This document shows, piece by piece, positions 35,964 to 43,809 of a stretch of DNA of 55,105 nt; the stretch's first letter is position 1, and the number at the start of each line of letters is the position of its first letter. A program made the position numbers and the translations under genes. The stretch is from positions 1 through 55,105 of the forward strand of contig PEVD01000009.1 of the NCBI GenBank assembly GCA_002780305.1. The letters run 5' to 3'. This DNA is from Candidatus Shapirobacteria bacterium CG03_land_8_20_14_0_80_40_19. Lineage in GTDB: Bacteria; Patescibacteriota; Microgenomatia; UM-FILTER-40-11. The notes under the pieces were generated by a model that ran no database searches, was not told where the DNA came from, and saw nothing but the letters and a program-made list of their open reading frames with translations.

Positions 35964-36037
35964 TGTCATTGCGAGGCTATAAAATAGCCGAAGCAATCTC
36001 TCCTTTTGGGATTGCTTCGCTAACGCTCGCAATGACA
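35964..36037. repeat. Structured palindromic element of the cattgcgag...ctcgcaatg type
   Basis: tgtcattgcgag (35964-35975) pairs with ctcgcaatgaca (36026-36037). Inner arms gaagcaatc and gattgcttc. Small hairpin ggctat-aaaa-tagcc. Yields the typical spurious peptide ..GIASLTLAMT. Confidence 0.8.
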
Positions 36038-36189
36038 GAATAACAGCTACTTATATCCCACCCACACACTATATTATTATAAAATGTTTTAAAAACATAA
36101 CAAATTTTAATGCATATGCACAGAAATTTGTCAAATATTGATTGTTTTCCACAGGAATAAAGAAGCAAGAATTTAGATATAATTAAAAA

Positions 36190-36726
36190 ATGTTAGGGTT
36201 GATAGTTTATTTTTTTGGGCTTGCTCTTTGTTTTATTCTGATTATTTTTGCCTGGTCAATGATTGTTTTTAGTTTTTTCGGTCCGCCGGCAGTGCCGACT
36301 CCTTCGAAGATAATTAAGGAAGTGTTAAAGGAAATTTCTCCCCAAAAGGATGATTTTTTTATTGATTTAGGCAGTGGAACGGGTCGGGTGGTGAAAACGG
36401 TGGTAAGAGAATATGGGGTTAAAGGTTTGGGGGTGGAAATAAACCCTCTGTTTGTTTGGTGGGCGAGGCTTACTGCCAAACTCGGTGGTCTGAAAAATAT
36501 TGAATTTAAAAGGGAGAATTTTTTTAAGACCGATTTTGCGAAGGCAGATATTGTTTTTATGTATTTACTGCCAAAATATTTGTCCAAAATGGCGGAAAAA
36601 ATTGAAAAAGAGGGTAAAACCGGGACTATAGTTGTTTCTCAAAGATTTTGGATTGATGGTTGGGAGAAATATTTAATTAAAGAAATAAAAAGAAAACATA
36701 ACAGTACTTATACTTATCAAATATAA
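36190..36726 (+). CDS. Class I SAM-dependent methyltransferase with N-terminal TM helix
   Basis: FFIDLGSGTGRVV (motif I) and ADIVFMYLLP. TATAAT lies 6 nt before the ATG. Confidence 0.7.
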   Translation: MLGLIVYFFGLALCFILIIFAWSMIVFSFFGPPAVPTPSKIIKEVLKEISPQKDDFFIDLGSGTGRVVKTVVREYGVKGLGVEINPLFVWWARLTAKLGGLKNIEFKRENFFKTDFAKADIVFMYLLPKYLSKMAEKIEKEGKTGTIVVSQRFWIDGWEKYLIKEIKRKHNSTYTYQI

Positions 36727-36737
36727 AGCTATTCTTT

Positions 36738-36771
36738 AAGGTGACACCTTGCTCTGGCAAGGTGTCACCTT
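36738..36771. repeat. 15-bp-stem hairpin (AAGG...CCTTG / CAAGG...CCTT style), no U-tract
   Basis: aaggtgacaccttgc-tctg-gcaaggtgtcacctt. Confidence 0.8.
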
Positions 36772-36793
36772 GTAAAAAGAGTTATAATTGTCT

Positions 36794-37678
36794 ATGGCCT
36801 TTAATCCGAACGCGGTTTTTATATCACCTTCGAGTTTGTCAGATTTTGACAAATGCCCCCAACTTTATTATTACCGCAATATTTACCGTTCTCCCCGCGG
36901 GCTAAAAATCCAGCTTATAAATCCGGCCCTTGCATTGGGACAAGCGGTTCACGAGATATTGGAAATGTTTTTGAAACTGCCGGTTGAAGAAAGAAACGAA
37001 AAGGTTTTGCAGGAAAGATTTGAATTTGGCTGGAACAACTTATCTGGGGAGAAAGGCGGTTTTACTTCAGAACAGCAGGAGGAGGAATATAAAAAACGGG
37101 CAGAAGAAATGCTTGAGCGGTTTTGGGAAAACGAACATTTTAAAAACAAAGAAATGGAAAAGATTCCCGGCTTTCCCAAAGCTGATTTAGGAAATGATAT
37201 TATTTTAACCGGTAAGCTTGATTGGCTGGAAAAAGAAGGAGATACTTATCATCTGGTTGATTTTAAAACCGGCAAGAACGAAGAAAAGGAAGATTCCCAA
37301 CAGTTGCCAATTTACGCAGTTTTAATTTCTGACATTTTTAAAACCAAGAATATTAAAGCCAGTTATTGGTATTTGGATAAAGACGAAAGTATTGTATCCT
37401 TTGTTCTTCCGGAAATAAGCCAGACCACTGACTATTTAAAAAAGAAGGGCGAGATTATTAAGATGGTGCGTCAAACAAATTCTTACCGCTGCCAGTCCGG
37501 CGGAGAATCCTGTTGGGCTTGCCGCGACATGCGCTCGATTGCCCAAGGGAAAGGCAAACTGGTGAGCATGGATCCGGTAAATAGAAAGCAGGAAATTTAT
37601 ATTTTACCGATAAAAAATGATGAAACGGTGGAAGAAAAACAACCGGAGACACCAATTGTGGATGATTTACCGTTTTGA
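36794..37678 (+). CDS. PD-(D/E)XK nuclease, Cas4/RecB/AddB-like, with a four-Cys cluster
   Basis: SLSDFDKCPQLYYY (N-terminal Cys). GKLDWLEKEGDTYHLVDFKTGK (D...D/ExK core). QLPIYA. C-terminal CQSGGESCWAC. TATAAT lies 5 nt before the ATG. Confidence 0.75.
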   Translation: MAFNPNAVFISPSSLSDFDKCPQLYYYRNIYRSPRGLKIQLINPALALGQAVHEILEMFLKLPVEERNEKVLQERFEFGWNNLSGEKGGFTSEQQEEEYKKRAEEMLERFWENEHFKNKEMEKIPGFPKADLGNDIILTGKLDWLEKEGDTYHLVDFKTGKNEEKEDSQQLPIYAVLISDIFKTKNIKASYWYLDKDESIVSFVLPEISQTTDYLKKKGEIIKMVRQTNSYRCQSGGESCWACRDMRSIAQGKGKLVSMDPVNRKQEIYILPIKNDETVEEKQPETPIVDDLPF

Positions 37679-37689
37679 CCTTTGGAACG

Positions 37690-37983
37690 ATGCCGATGAG
37701 AAAAGCAACAAAAGATGATTATGTAAAACTACAAGGCGGGTTGCCGGAGGTTAGTCAAGACGAAAGAGGTCTTTGGCATATCAAACATTCATATAGAAAT
37801 GACATGCCTGATGTGACTGACCATCGGCCGCCTTCTGAAGGGCAAGAAGTAAATATAAACGGAGTTTTGTATAATGCCCGTTTATTATGGCAATTCCATG
37901 GTGCGCCTTGCGAAAGACAGTCGCATAAAGTTGGCGGAGTTGGTTATCCCAGAGGCGAAAGCGGGGAAAGGTCAAAAGCGTAA
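37690..37983 (+). CDS. Hypothetical protein (or non-coding segment), unassigned
   Basis: Open frame of about 97 codons abutting the nuclease stop. No motif recognised. By eye somewhat more GC-rich than its surroundings. Confidence 0.3.
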   Translation: MPMRKATKDDYVKLQGGLPEVSQDERGLWHIKHSYRNDMPDVTDHRPPSEGQEVNINGVLYNARLLWQFHGAPCERQSHKVGGVGYPRGESGERSKA

Positions 37984-37984
37984 T

Positions 37985-38242
37985 TTATTGTATTCTTATT
38001 TCTTCCCAAAATTTTTCGGCTAGTCCGCTGGTAAATTTGCCAAAACCGCCGTTCTCCGAATGCCGGCAGAGCTGATTTTCAAAGCGTCTGATAATTATCT
38101 GGATTTCCTCGCCTTTTTGATTAAATTCTTTTTTCCATTTATTTGGTTGAGCGGTGTACTGATCGTGAATTTCTTTAAATTCGGCAAAAGGAGTCTTGTT
38201 CTTTTTAAGCATTTCGTCAAAAACCTGTTTATATTTTGGCAT
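37985..38242 (-). CDS. Small helical hypothetical protein
   Basis: MPKYKQVFDEMLKKNKTPFAEFKEIHDQYTAQPNKWKKEFNQKGEE... Start taken at the internal ATG. Confidence 0.4.
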   Translation of the reverse strand: MPKYKQVFDEMLKKNKTPFAEFKEIHDQYTAQPNKWKKEFNQKGEEIQIIIRRFENQLCRHSENGGFGKFTSGLAEKFWEEIRIQ

Positions 38243-38276
38243 AAAAATATTTAACACACGGTTTATACTTATGAAA

Positions 38277-38310
38277 GCAAGATTCGGCAACATCTGGCAA
38301 GATTCGGCAA
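38277..38310 (+). promoter_or_regulatory. Two 14-bp direct repeats (GCAAGATTCGGCAA) 20 bp apart over the fic promoter: candidate operator
   Basis: Repeats at 38277-38290 and 38297-38310. The TAATAT -10 box at 38318-38323 is 6 nt before ATG 38330. Confidence 0.55.
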
Positions 38311-38329
38311 TGGGTGGTAATATGTTTTT

Positions 38330-39301
38330 ATGAAGATTCCGCCTGAATATAAAATCACTTCGGAGATTTTAGAGCCTATTGCCAAAATCGAAGCGCTGAA
38401 GATATTTTTTTCTTCCGTCGAAATTTCCCCGGAAAGAAAAGAAAAGCTCAAAAGGATAAGCTTGCTCAAAAGTTCGCTTTTTTCGGCCAAAATCGAAGGC
38501 AATTCCCTGCTGTTGGATGAAATCGAAAAAACATCAAAGCAAAAAGAAAAGCAGGAAGTTTTTAACATTTTAAACGCCATTAGCTATATTGAAAAACTTG
38601 AAATTAAAAATATTATTCCGAAGCAGATTTTGACCCTGCACGGGTTGGCAATGAAAGAGTTGTCAGGCAACGCCGGCCGTTTTCGCAAGATGCCGGAAGC
38701 GATTTTTAATCAGGCGGGTGTGGCAGTGGCGGTTTTCCCGCCGGCAGTGAAAATTGACAGTTTGCTTTCCGATTTACTGAAATATTTAAATTCCGATCTA
38801 GAAAGATTTACTTTGATTAAAGCCTTTGTGGGCCATTTAGTTTTTGAGAAGATTCATCCCTTTGTCGACGGCAACGGCCGGGTCGGCCGGCTGCTGATTA
38901 GCTTGGTTTTGAAAGCAGATAATTACGATTTTGGGCTGTCTGTGCCTTTTGAAGAATATATTGAGGAACACAAAGAAGAATATTATTTTTATTTGGATGA
39001 AGGGAGCAAAAATATATCTGAGTACTTAATTTTTATGCTCAAGGGTTTCCTCCAAAAAGCATCTGAAATAAGGGAAGAAATAACCAAAAAAGAACCTAAA
39101 ACGGTTTTACTTCCTCCCCGCCAAGAAGAAATTTATCGGATTATTAAGGAACACCAAATGGTGATTTTTGATTTTATCCACCGGCGGTTTTTAGTCGTGC
39201 CCGAAAGAACATTAAGGTATGATTTAAAAAAATTGGTTGAAAAAGGGTTTATTATAAAAGCAGGAAAAACAAGGGGAAGTTGTTATAAAATTAAAGAATA
39301 A
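38330..39301 (+). CDS. Fic family protein with intramolecular inhibitory motif and C-terminal winged-helix domain
   Basis: Fic motif HPFVDGNGRVGRLL. N-terminal SAKIEGN matches (S/T)xxxE(G/N). C-terminal ..RTLRYDLKKLVEKGFIIKAGKTRGSCY. Confidence 0.85.
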   Translation: MKIPPEYKITSEILEPIAKIEALKIFFSSVEISPERKEKLKRISLLKSSLFSAKIEGNSLLLDEIEKTSKQKEKQEVFNILNAISYIEKLEIKNIIPKQILTLHGLAMKELSGNAGRFRKMPEAIFNQAGVAVAVFPPAVKIDSLLSDLLKYLNSDLERFTLIKAFVGHLVFEKIHPFVDGNGRVGRLLISLVLKADNYDFGLSVPFEEYIEEHKEEYYFYLDEGSKNISEYLIFMLKGFLQKASEIREEITKKEPKTVLLPPRQEEIYRIIKEHQMVIFDFIHRRFLVVPERTLRYDLKKLVEKGFIIKAGKTRGSCYKIKE

Positions 39302-39310
39302 AAAATTTGT

Positions 39311-39808
39311 ATGCCTGAAACTAATCAATATCTTCACGAAGTGGCGATTACTGCCATAATCATTAAAGACAATAAATATCTTATTACCCGTCGTTCTCCG
39401 AATAAAAAAAGATTTCCCGGAAAGTGGACGGTTCCGGGCGGGAAAATGGAAACCAGCGATTATTTGAAACTGCCCAAAGACACGCAGTTTTATTGGTATA
39501 ACGTTTTGGAAAGAACTTTAAAGAGAGAAACTAAGGAAGAAGTTGGCTTGGAAATCGGCAATGTCGAATATGTAACCAGTTTAGCCAGAGTTCATGAGGA
39601 CGGCAGTCCTTCTTTGGTGATTTCCTGTATGGCGGATTTTGTTTCAGGCGAAGTTAAACTTCGACCGGAAGAAACGGACGAATTCGCCTGGGTAAGCTTA
39701 AAAGTAGCAAAAAAGTATGATTTACTTGACGGAATATATGATGAGCTGGTGATGGTGGAAAATAAGAGAAAAGGGGTAAGAGAGGAATGGAAAAGGCACT
39801 CCGCTTGA
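39311..39808 (+). CDS. NUDIX hydrolase
   Basis: Nudix box GGKMETSDY...ERTLKRETKEEVGLE. Starts 9 nt after the fic stop. Confidence 0.85.
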   Translation: MPETNQYLHEVAITAIIIKDNKYLITRRSPNKKRFPGKWTVPGGKMETSDYLKLPKDTQFYWYNVLERTLKRETKEEVGLEIGNVEYVTSLARVHEDGSPSLVISCMADFVSGEVKLRPEETDEFAWVSLKVAKKYDLLDGIYDELVMVENKRKGVREEWKRHSA

Positions 39809-39860
39809 CAATTATGTTAACCGTTGTTAATATATGGGTATATGTTAACCAAAGTTAACC
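39805..39860 (+). promoter_or_regulatory. Promoter TTGACA-N17-TAATAT with three GTTAAC(C) palindromes: candidate operator of the HTH-doc operon
   Basis: ttgaca at 39805-39810 and taatat at 39828-39833. GTTAAC at 39816, 39844 and 39854. ATGTTAACC occurs twice. Confidence 0.55.
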
Positions 39861-40114
39861 CTTCTGAAGAATTTTATACTGCACCCCAATTGGCTGAACT
39901 TTTGGGAGTCAGCAGGGTGACGGTGTTTAAAAGAATAAAATCTGGCGCAATTAAGGCAATAAAAATTGGCAGAGTATTTGCTGTTCCCAAAAAAGACTGG
40001 TTTTATATTTTGAGCGGTGAATTATCCAAAGAACAAAAAAAAATAATTGAGGAAGCAGTCAATAAAACTACTAGTGAATATGGTGGCACAATAACGATGT
40101 TAGGCAATAGTTAG
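39842..40114 (+). CDS. Excisionase/MerR-type HTH DNA-binding protein, likely antitoxin of Doc
   Basis: FYTAPQLAELLGVSRVTVFKRIKSGAIKAIKIGRVFAVPKKD. A 2-nt gap separates it from doc. Confidence 0.7.
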   Translation: MLTKVNPSEEFYTAPQLAELLGVSRVTVFKRIKSGAIKAIKIGRVFAVPKKDWFYILSGELSKEQKKIIEEAVNKTTSEYGGTITMLGNS

Positions 40115-40116
40115 GC

Positions 40117-40548
40117 ATGAGAAAAATTACGACCGCTGAGGTTGAATACATTTCTTTCCAATTGGCAAAAAAATTGTTGGGGAAAGAGGAACCGATTCCT
40201 GAGTTTTCAACAAGGTTTCCAAATATTTTAGAGAGCTGTTTGGCCGTCCCTTTTCAGAAGTTTTCCAAAAGGGATATTTATCCAACCTTGATTGATAAAG
40301 CTTCAATTTTGTACTACTTAATGATAAAAAACCATCCATTTCAAAACGGCAATAAAAGGATTGCGACCACTACTTTATTGGTATTTCTTTACAAAAACTA
40401 TAAATGGTTGAAAGTTGATAATCAAGAATTTTATAACTTTTCCATGTGGGTGGCACAAAGCCCGGCTAAGCTTAAGGACGCGGTTGTTGATGGAACTAAA
40501 AAATTTATAATTTCTTATTTAATTGACTTAAAAAAACATGTTGGTTGA
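40117..40548 (+). CDS. doc: Doc (death-on-curing) family Fic-fold toxin
   Basis: HPFQNGNKRIATT matches the Doc motif HxFx(D/N)(A/G)NKR. Confidence 0.85.
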   Translation: MRKITTAEVEYISFQLAKKLLGKEEPIPEFSTRFPNILESCLAVPFQKFSKRDIYPTLIDKASILYYLMIKNHPFQNGNKRIATTTLLVFLYKNYKWLKVDNQEFYNFSMWVAQSPAKLKDAVVDGTKKFIISYLIDLKKHVG

Positions 40549-41494
40549 TGAAGTTGAGATTAAAATTAGAGCCGGGAACGGTGGGGATGGCAAGGTGAAT
40601 TTTCTTCACGCAAAATATGTTCCTAAAGGCGGGCCGGACGGGGGTGACGGCGGGACCGGCGGGGATTTTTATGTGTTGGGGGTTTCCGACCTGTCCGCCC
40701 TAAGCAGATTTAGATATCAAAAAGAGTTTTCTGCCGGTGACGGCAAACCAGGCGGACCTGACCGCAAGACGGGAGTAAGCGGAGGGGACGAAGAGATCAA
40801 AATACCGATTGGAACGGTCATAACAGACAGAGAAAGTAGTGAGGTTTGGGAAATTACCAAGGCAGGGGAACAGATACAGATTGCCAAGGGAGGCAAAGGG
40901 GGCAAGGGCAATTGGCACTATAAATCTGCCACTCATCAAACGCCGCTGGAATTTGAAGAAGGCAAACCGGGCAAGGCGAGAACTTTGTATTTGGAACTGC
41001 GTCTGATCGCCGATATCGGCCTGATCGGGCTGCCAAGTGTGGGTAAATCAAGTTTGCTTAATGAATTGACGAAAGCCAATGTCAAAGTCGCCCCTTATAA
41101 CTTTACTACTTTAGAGCCGAATTTGGGGATAATGGATGGGCTGATTATTGCCGATTTACCGGGACTGATTGAAGGAGCCCACGAAGGCAAGGGTTTGGGG
41201 ATTAAATTTTTAAAACATATTAAAAGAACCAAAGTTTTGGTTCATTGTATCAGCGCCGATTCGGAGAATCCGGTTAAAGATTACGAAACGATCAGAAGAG
41301 AGTTGGGAGAATATGATAAGGAATTACTTTCAAGGCCGGAGATGGTTTTAATTACCAAGTCGGATTTAGTTTCAGAAAAAGAAATAAAACTTAAAATTAA
41401 AAACTTAGAAATGATCAAAAGAGATATCTTAACGGTTTCGATTCATGACTATGATAGTCTTGAAAAATTAAAAAAGCGATTGTTAAATTGTTGA
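40538..41494 (+). CDS. obg: GTPase Obg/CgtA
   Basis: Gly-rich Obg fold (GNGGDGKVNF...GGPDGGDGGTGGDF). G1 motif GLPSVGKSSLL. DLPGLIEGA. Confidence 0.95.
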   Translation: MLVDEVEIKIRAGNGGDGKVNFLHAKYVPKGGPDGGDGGTGGDFYVLGVSDLSALSRFRYQKEFSAGDGKPGGPDRKTGVSGGDEEIKIPIGTVITDRESSEVWEITKAGEQIQIAKGGKGGKGNWHYKSATHQTPLEFEEGKPGKARTLYLELRLIADIGLIGLPSVGKSSLLNELTKANVKVAPYNFTTLEPNLGIMDGLIIADLPGLIEGAHEGKGLGIKFLKHIKRTKVLVHCISADSENPVKDYETIRRELGEYDKELLSRPEMVLITKSDLVSEKEIKLKIKNLEMIKRDILTVSIHDYDSLEKLKKRLLNC

Positions 41495-41514
41495 CTTGTT
41501 ATCTTGTTCTTCAT

Positions 41515-41548
41515 AAGGTCTCTCCTTGAGTACTCAAGGAGAGACCTT
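41515..41548. repeat. 34-nt perfect palindrome (sister of 17842-17875), intergenic
   Basis: aaggtctctccttgagtactcaaggagagacctt (17/17 base pairs checked). Confidence 0.95.
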
Positions 41549-41617
41549 GGAAAGCGAAAAAAAGTGGTAAAATTCAATTGGTAGATTTATTTTTTTAAAA
41601 AAGAAAGGAAGATAGTT

Positions 41618-41977
41618 ATGACAGGATATGTCGATAATATAGAAAAAATTACGGAGGAAAATGCCAATTTCCGCCAGGTTTTATTTACCGGTAAATATGC
41701 TCAGCTGGTGGTGATGAGTTTACTGGCGGGAGAAGATATCGGCGTGGAAGTTCACGACACTGTCGATCAATTTTTCCGGATTGAGTCGGGTGAGGGAAAA
41801 GTGGTAATGAACGGGGAAGAAACGGCTTTCGGTCCCGGTTCTGCGATTATTGTACCGGCGGGAACAGAGCATAATGTGATAGCCGTCTCGGCGGTAAAAC
41901 TTTACACCCTTTACAGCCCGCCGAATCACCCGGCCGACCGGGTGCAGGCGACCAAAGCGGAAGCAAATGAAGCTTGA
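41618..41977 (+). CDS. Cupin domain protein
   Basis: VHDTVDQFFRIESGEGKVVMNGEE...IIVPAGTEHNV. SD aggaag upstream. Confidence 0.7.
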   Translation: MTGYVDNIEKITEENANFRQVLFTGKYAQLVVMSLLAGEDIGVEVHDTVDQFFRIESGEGKVVMNGEETAFGPGSAIIVPAGTEHNVIAVSAVKLYTLYSPPNHPADRVQATKAEANEA

Positions 41978-42656
41978 TTTTTTGGAATTTGGAGAAGGGA
42001 GGGCAGTAGTTTTCCTTCACGGCTGGCAGCAGGATAAAAAATCTTTTGCTTCGTTGGTTCCGTTTTTATTTAAAAAATATCATTTGTTTTTACTGGATCT
42101 GCCCGGCTTTGGCGGGAGTGAAGCTTCTTTGGCTGATTTTAACTCTTACGATTACGCGGAAGAGGTAACAAAATGGTTGAAAAACCAAAAACTCAAGGAG
42201 GTAGTTTTGGTCGGCCATTCGTTTGGTGGAAAAATAGCGGCGATTGTTGCCTGTCAAAATCCAAAGTTGGTAAAAAAACTGATTTTAATTGCCACTTCCG
42301 GAATTATCGACAAAGAAAAATTTAAAAACTTGAAAAAACTTTCACCAAGATTGATCAAAGATTTTCTCCGGCCTTTTTTTGTCGGCCGGGATTATAAACA
42401 GGCAGGAAAATTACTGCCGATTTTTAAAACGGTTGTTAAAGAAGATTTTTCCGGTGTTTTTAAGAAGATTAAAGTGCCAACTTTAATTATATGGGGAAAA
42501 GACGATAAAGAACTATCGGCAGAAAATGGAAAAAAAATAAACAGTATGATTAATGGGAGTAAATTGGAAATAGTTGAAGGCAATCATTTTCCTTTTTGGG
42601 ATAATCCGCAGAAAGTGGCGGAATTGATTGATGATTTTGTAAATGAAAAAAATTAA
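41967..42656 (+). CDS. Alpha/beta hydrolase
   Basis: VVFLHGW... and the nucleophile elbow LVGHSFGG. Confidence 0.75.
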   Translation: MKLDFLEFGEGRAVVFLHGWQQDKKSFASLVPFLFKKYHLFLLDLPGFGGSEASLADFNSYDYAEEVTKWLKNQKLKEVVLVGHSFGGKIAAIVACQNPKLVKKLILIATSGIIDKEKFKNLKKLSPRLIKDFLRPFFVGRDYKQAGKLLPIFKTVVKEDFSGVFKKIKVPTLIIWGKDDKELSAENGKKINSMINGSKLEIVEGNHFPFWDNPQKVAELIDDFVNEKN

Positions 42657-43809
42657 AAAATTACTTTATCTGTTGCAGCTGGAAGAATATGATATCGGGC
42701 GGTACTTTGCTTGGCTGGAAAAAAATGATATTAACCGTTTTGAGGAAAGAAAAAGTAGTCTGAAATGGACCGCGAGAATTTGTTCAATTTTCGCTCTGAC
42801 AATTTTACTATCTGCTTTTTCTTCAAGAGAGAAAGCGGTGGGGGACGCGAATAAGCTGGCTATTCCACTCTTTTCTTTTTTAGAAGAAGCATCTGTTTTG
42901 TTGACGAAAATTAAACTCTCTTTTTATCCCAAACCGATAAGAATAATAATAACTGGCAGTTACGGAAAAACGACTTTCAAAGAAATGCTGGCCTGGGTTT
43001 TGCAGGGAAAATATGTAGTTTTATCAACTTCAGGGAACATCAATACCCGTATTGGTATTGCTCAAATGATTCTAAAAAAGTTACATAAAAAACATGAGGT
43101 TTTGATAGTAGAAGCGGGAGCTTACAAAAAGGGTGAAATAAAGGAAATTTGTGAATTGATCAAACCGACTATTGGCGCCATCACGGTAATTGGCTGGATG
43201 CATTTGGAAAGATTCGGAACAATGGAAAATATCCGGAAGACAAAAATGGAACTGGCAGATTTTGTTAAAGACAAAAAAAACTTTTTTTATCCAAAGGAGA
43301 ATCATAAATTTATTAATTTTGAGGAAGCAATAACGGAAATTGGAAAGAGTTTGGGAATGGCAGAAGGAGAAATTGATAAAAGATTAAGAAATTTTGTCCC
43401 GCCGAAAAATAGGCTAAGAGAGAAAAAAATAAGAGAAAACCTGGCGATAATTGAAGATGATTATAATTCAAATCCTTTGGGTTTTGAAAAAGCGTTAACG
43501 GTGTTGGCAGGTTACAAAAAATGGCAGAGGATTGTAGTTACTGCGGGAATGATTGAATTGGGAGAAAAACAGTTTGAGTTAAATTGTAAGTTGGGAGAAG
43601 AAGCGGCAAAAGTGGCAGACATGGTAGTAGTTGTTGGTGAAACTAACAAGGATGCACTGCTTGCTGGAGCAAACAAAGTGAAGGGTGGGAAAAGGCAAAT
43701 TGTTTGGTGGCCAAAAGATAAAAATACCGACCCGGAGATATCTTCATTATTCCGTCCGCCAACGGTGATTTTGAAAGAAAACGATTTTTTGCCGGACAAC
43801 TATTTTTGA
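42643..43809 (+). CDS. Mur ligase family protein (MurF-like)
   Basis: P-loop ITGSYGKTTFKEM. Central and C-terminal Mur ligase layout. Convergent with ddl. Confidence 0.65.
   Translation: MKKIKKLLYLLQLEEYDIGRYFAWLEKNDINRFEERKSSLKWTARICSIFALTILLSAFSSREKAVGDANKLAIPLFSFLEEASVLLTKIKLSFYPKPIRIIITGSYGKTTFKEMLAWVLQGKYVVLSTSGNINTRIGIAQMILKKLHKKHEVLIVEAGAYKKGEIKEICELIKPTIGAITVIGWMHLERFGTMENIRKTKMELADFVKDKKNFFYPKENHKFINFEEAITEIGKSLGMAEGEIDKRLRNFVPPKNRLREKKIRENLAIIEDDYNSNPLGFEKALTVLAGYKKWQRIVVTAGMIELGEKQFELNCKLGEEAAKVADMVVVVGETNKDALLAGANKVKGGKRQIVWWPKDKNTDPEISSLFRPPTVILKENDFLPDNYF

Noticed and set aside
36738-36771. Rho-independent terminator of the SAM-MTase gene
   Set aside because: The 15-bp stem is strong, but no U-tract follows on either strand. 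I therefore list it as a repeat/hairpin of the AAGG..CCTT family rather than a canonical terminator.
37677-37973. Structured RNA closed by gaccttt/aaaggtc pairing
   Set aside because: A single 7-bp complementarity over 290 nt is expected by chance. I could not match RNase P, tmRNA, SRP, 6S or common riboswitch cores by eye. The question stays open under the nuclease finding.
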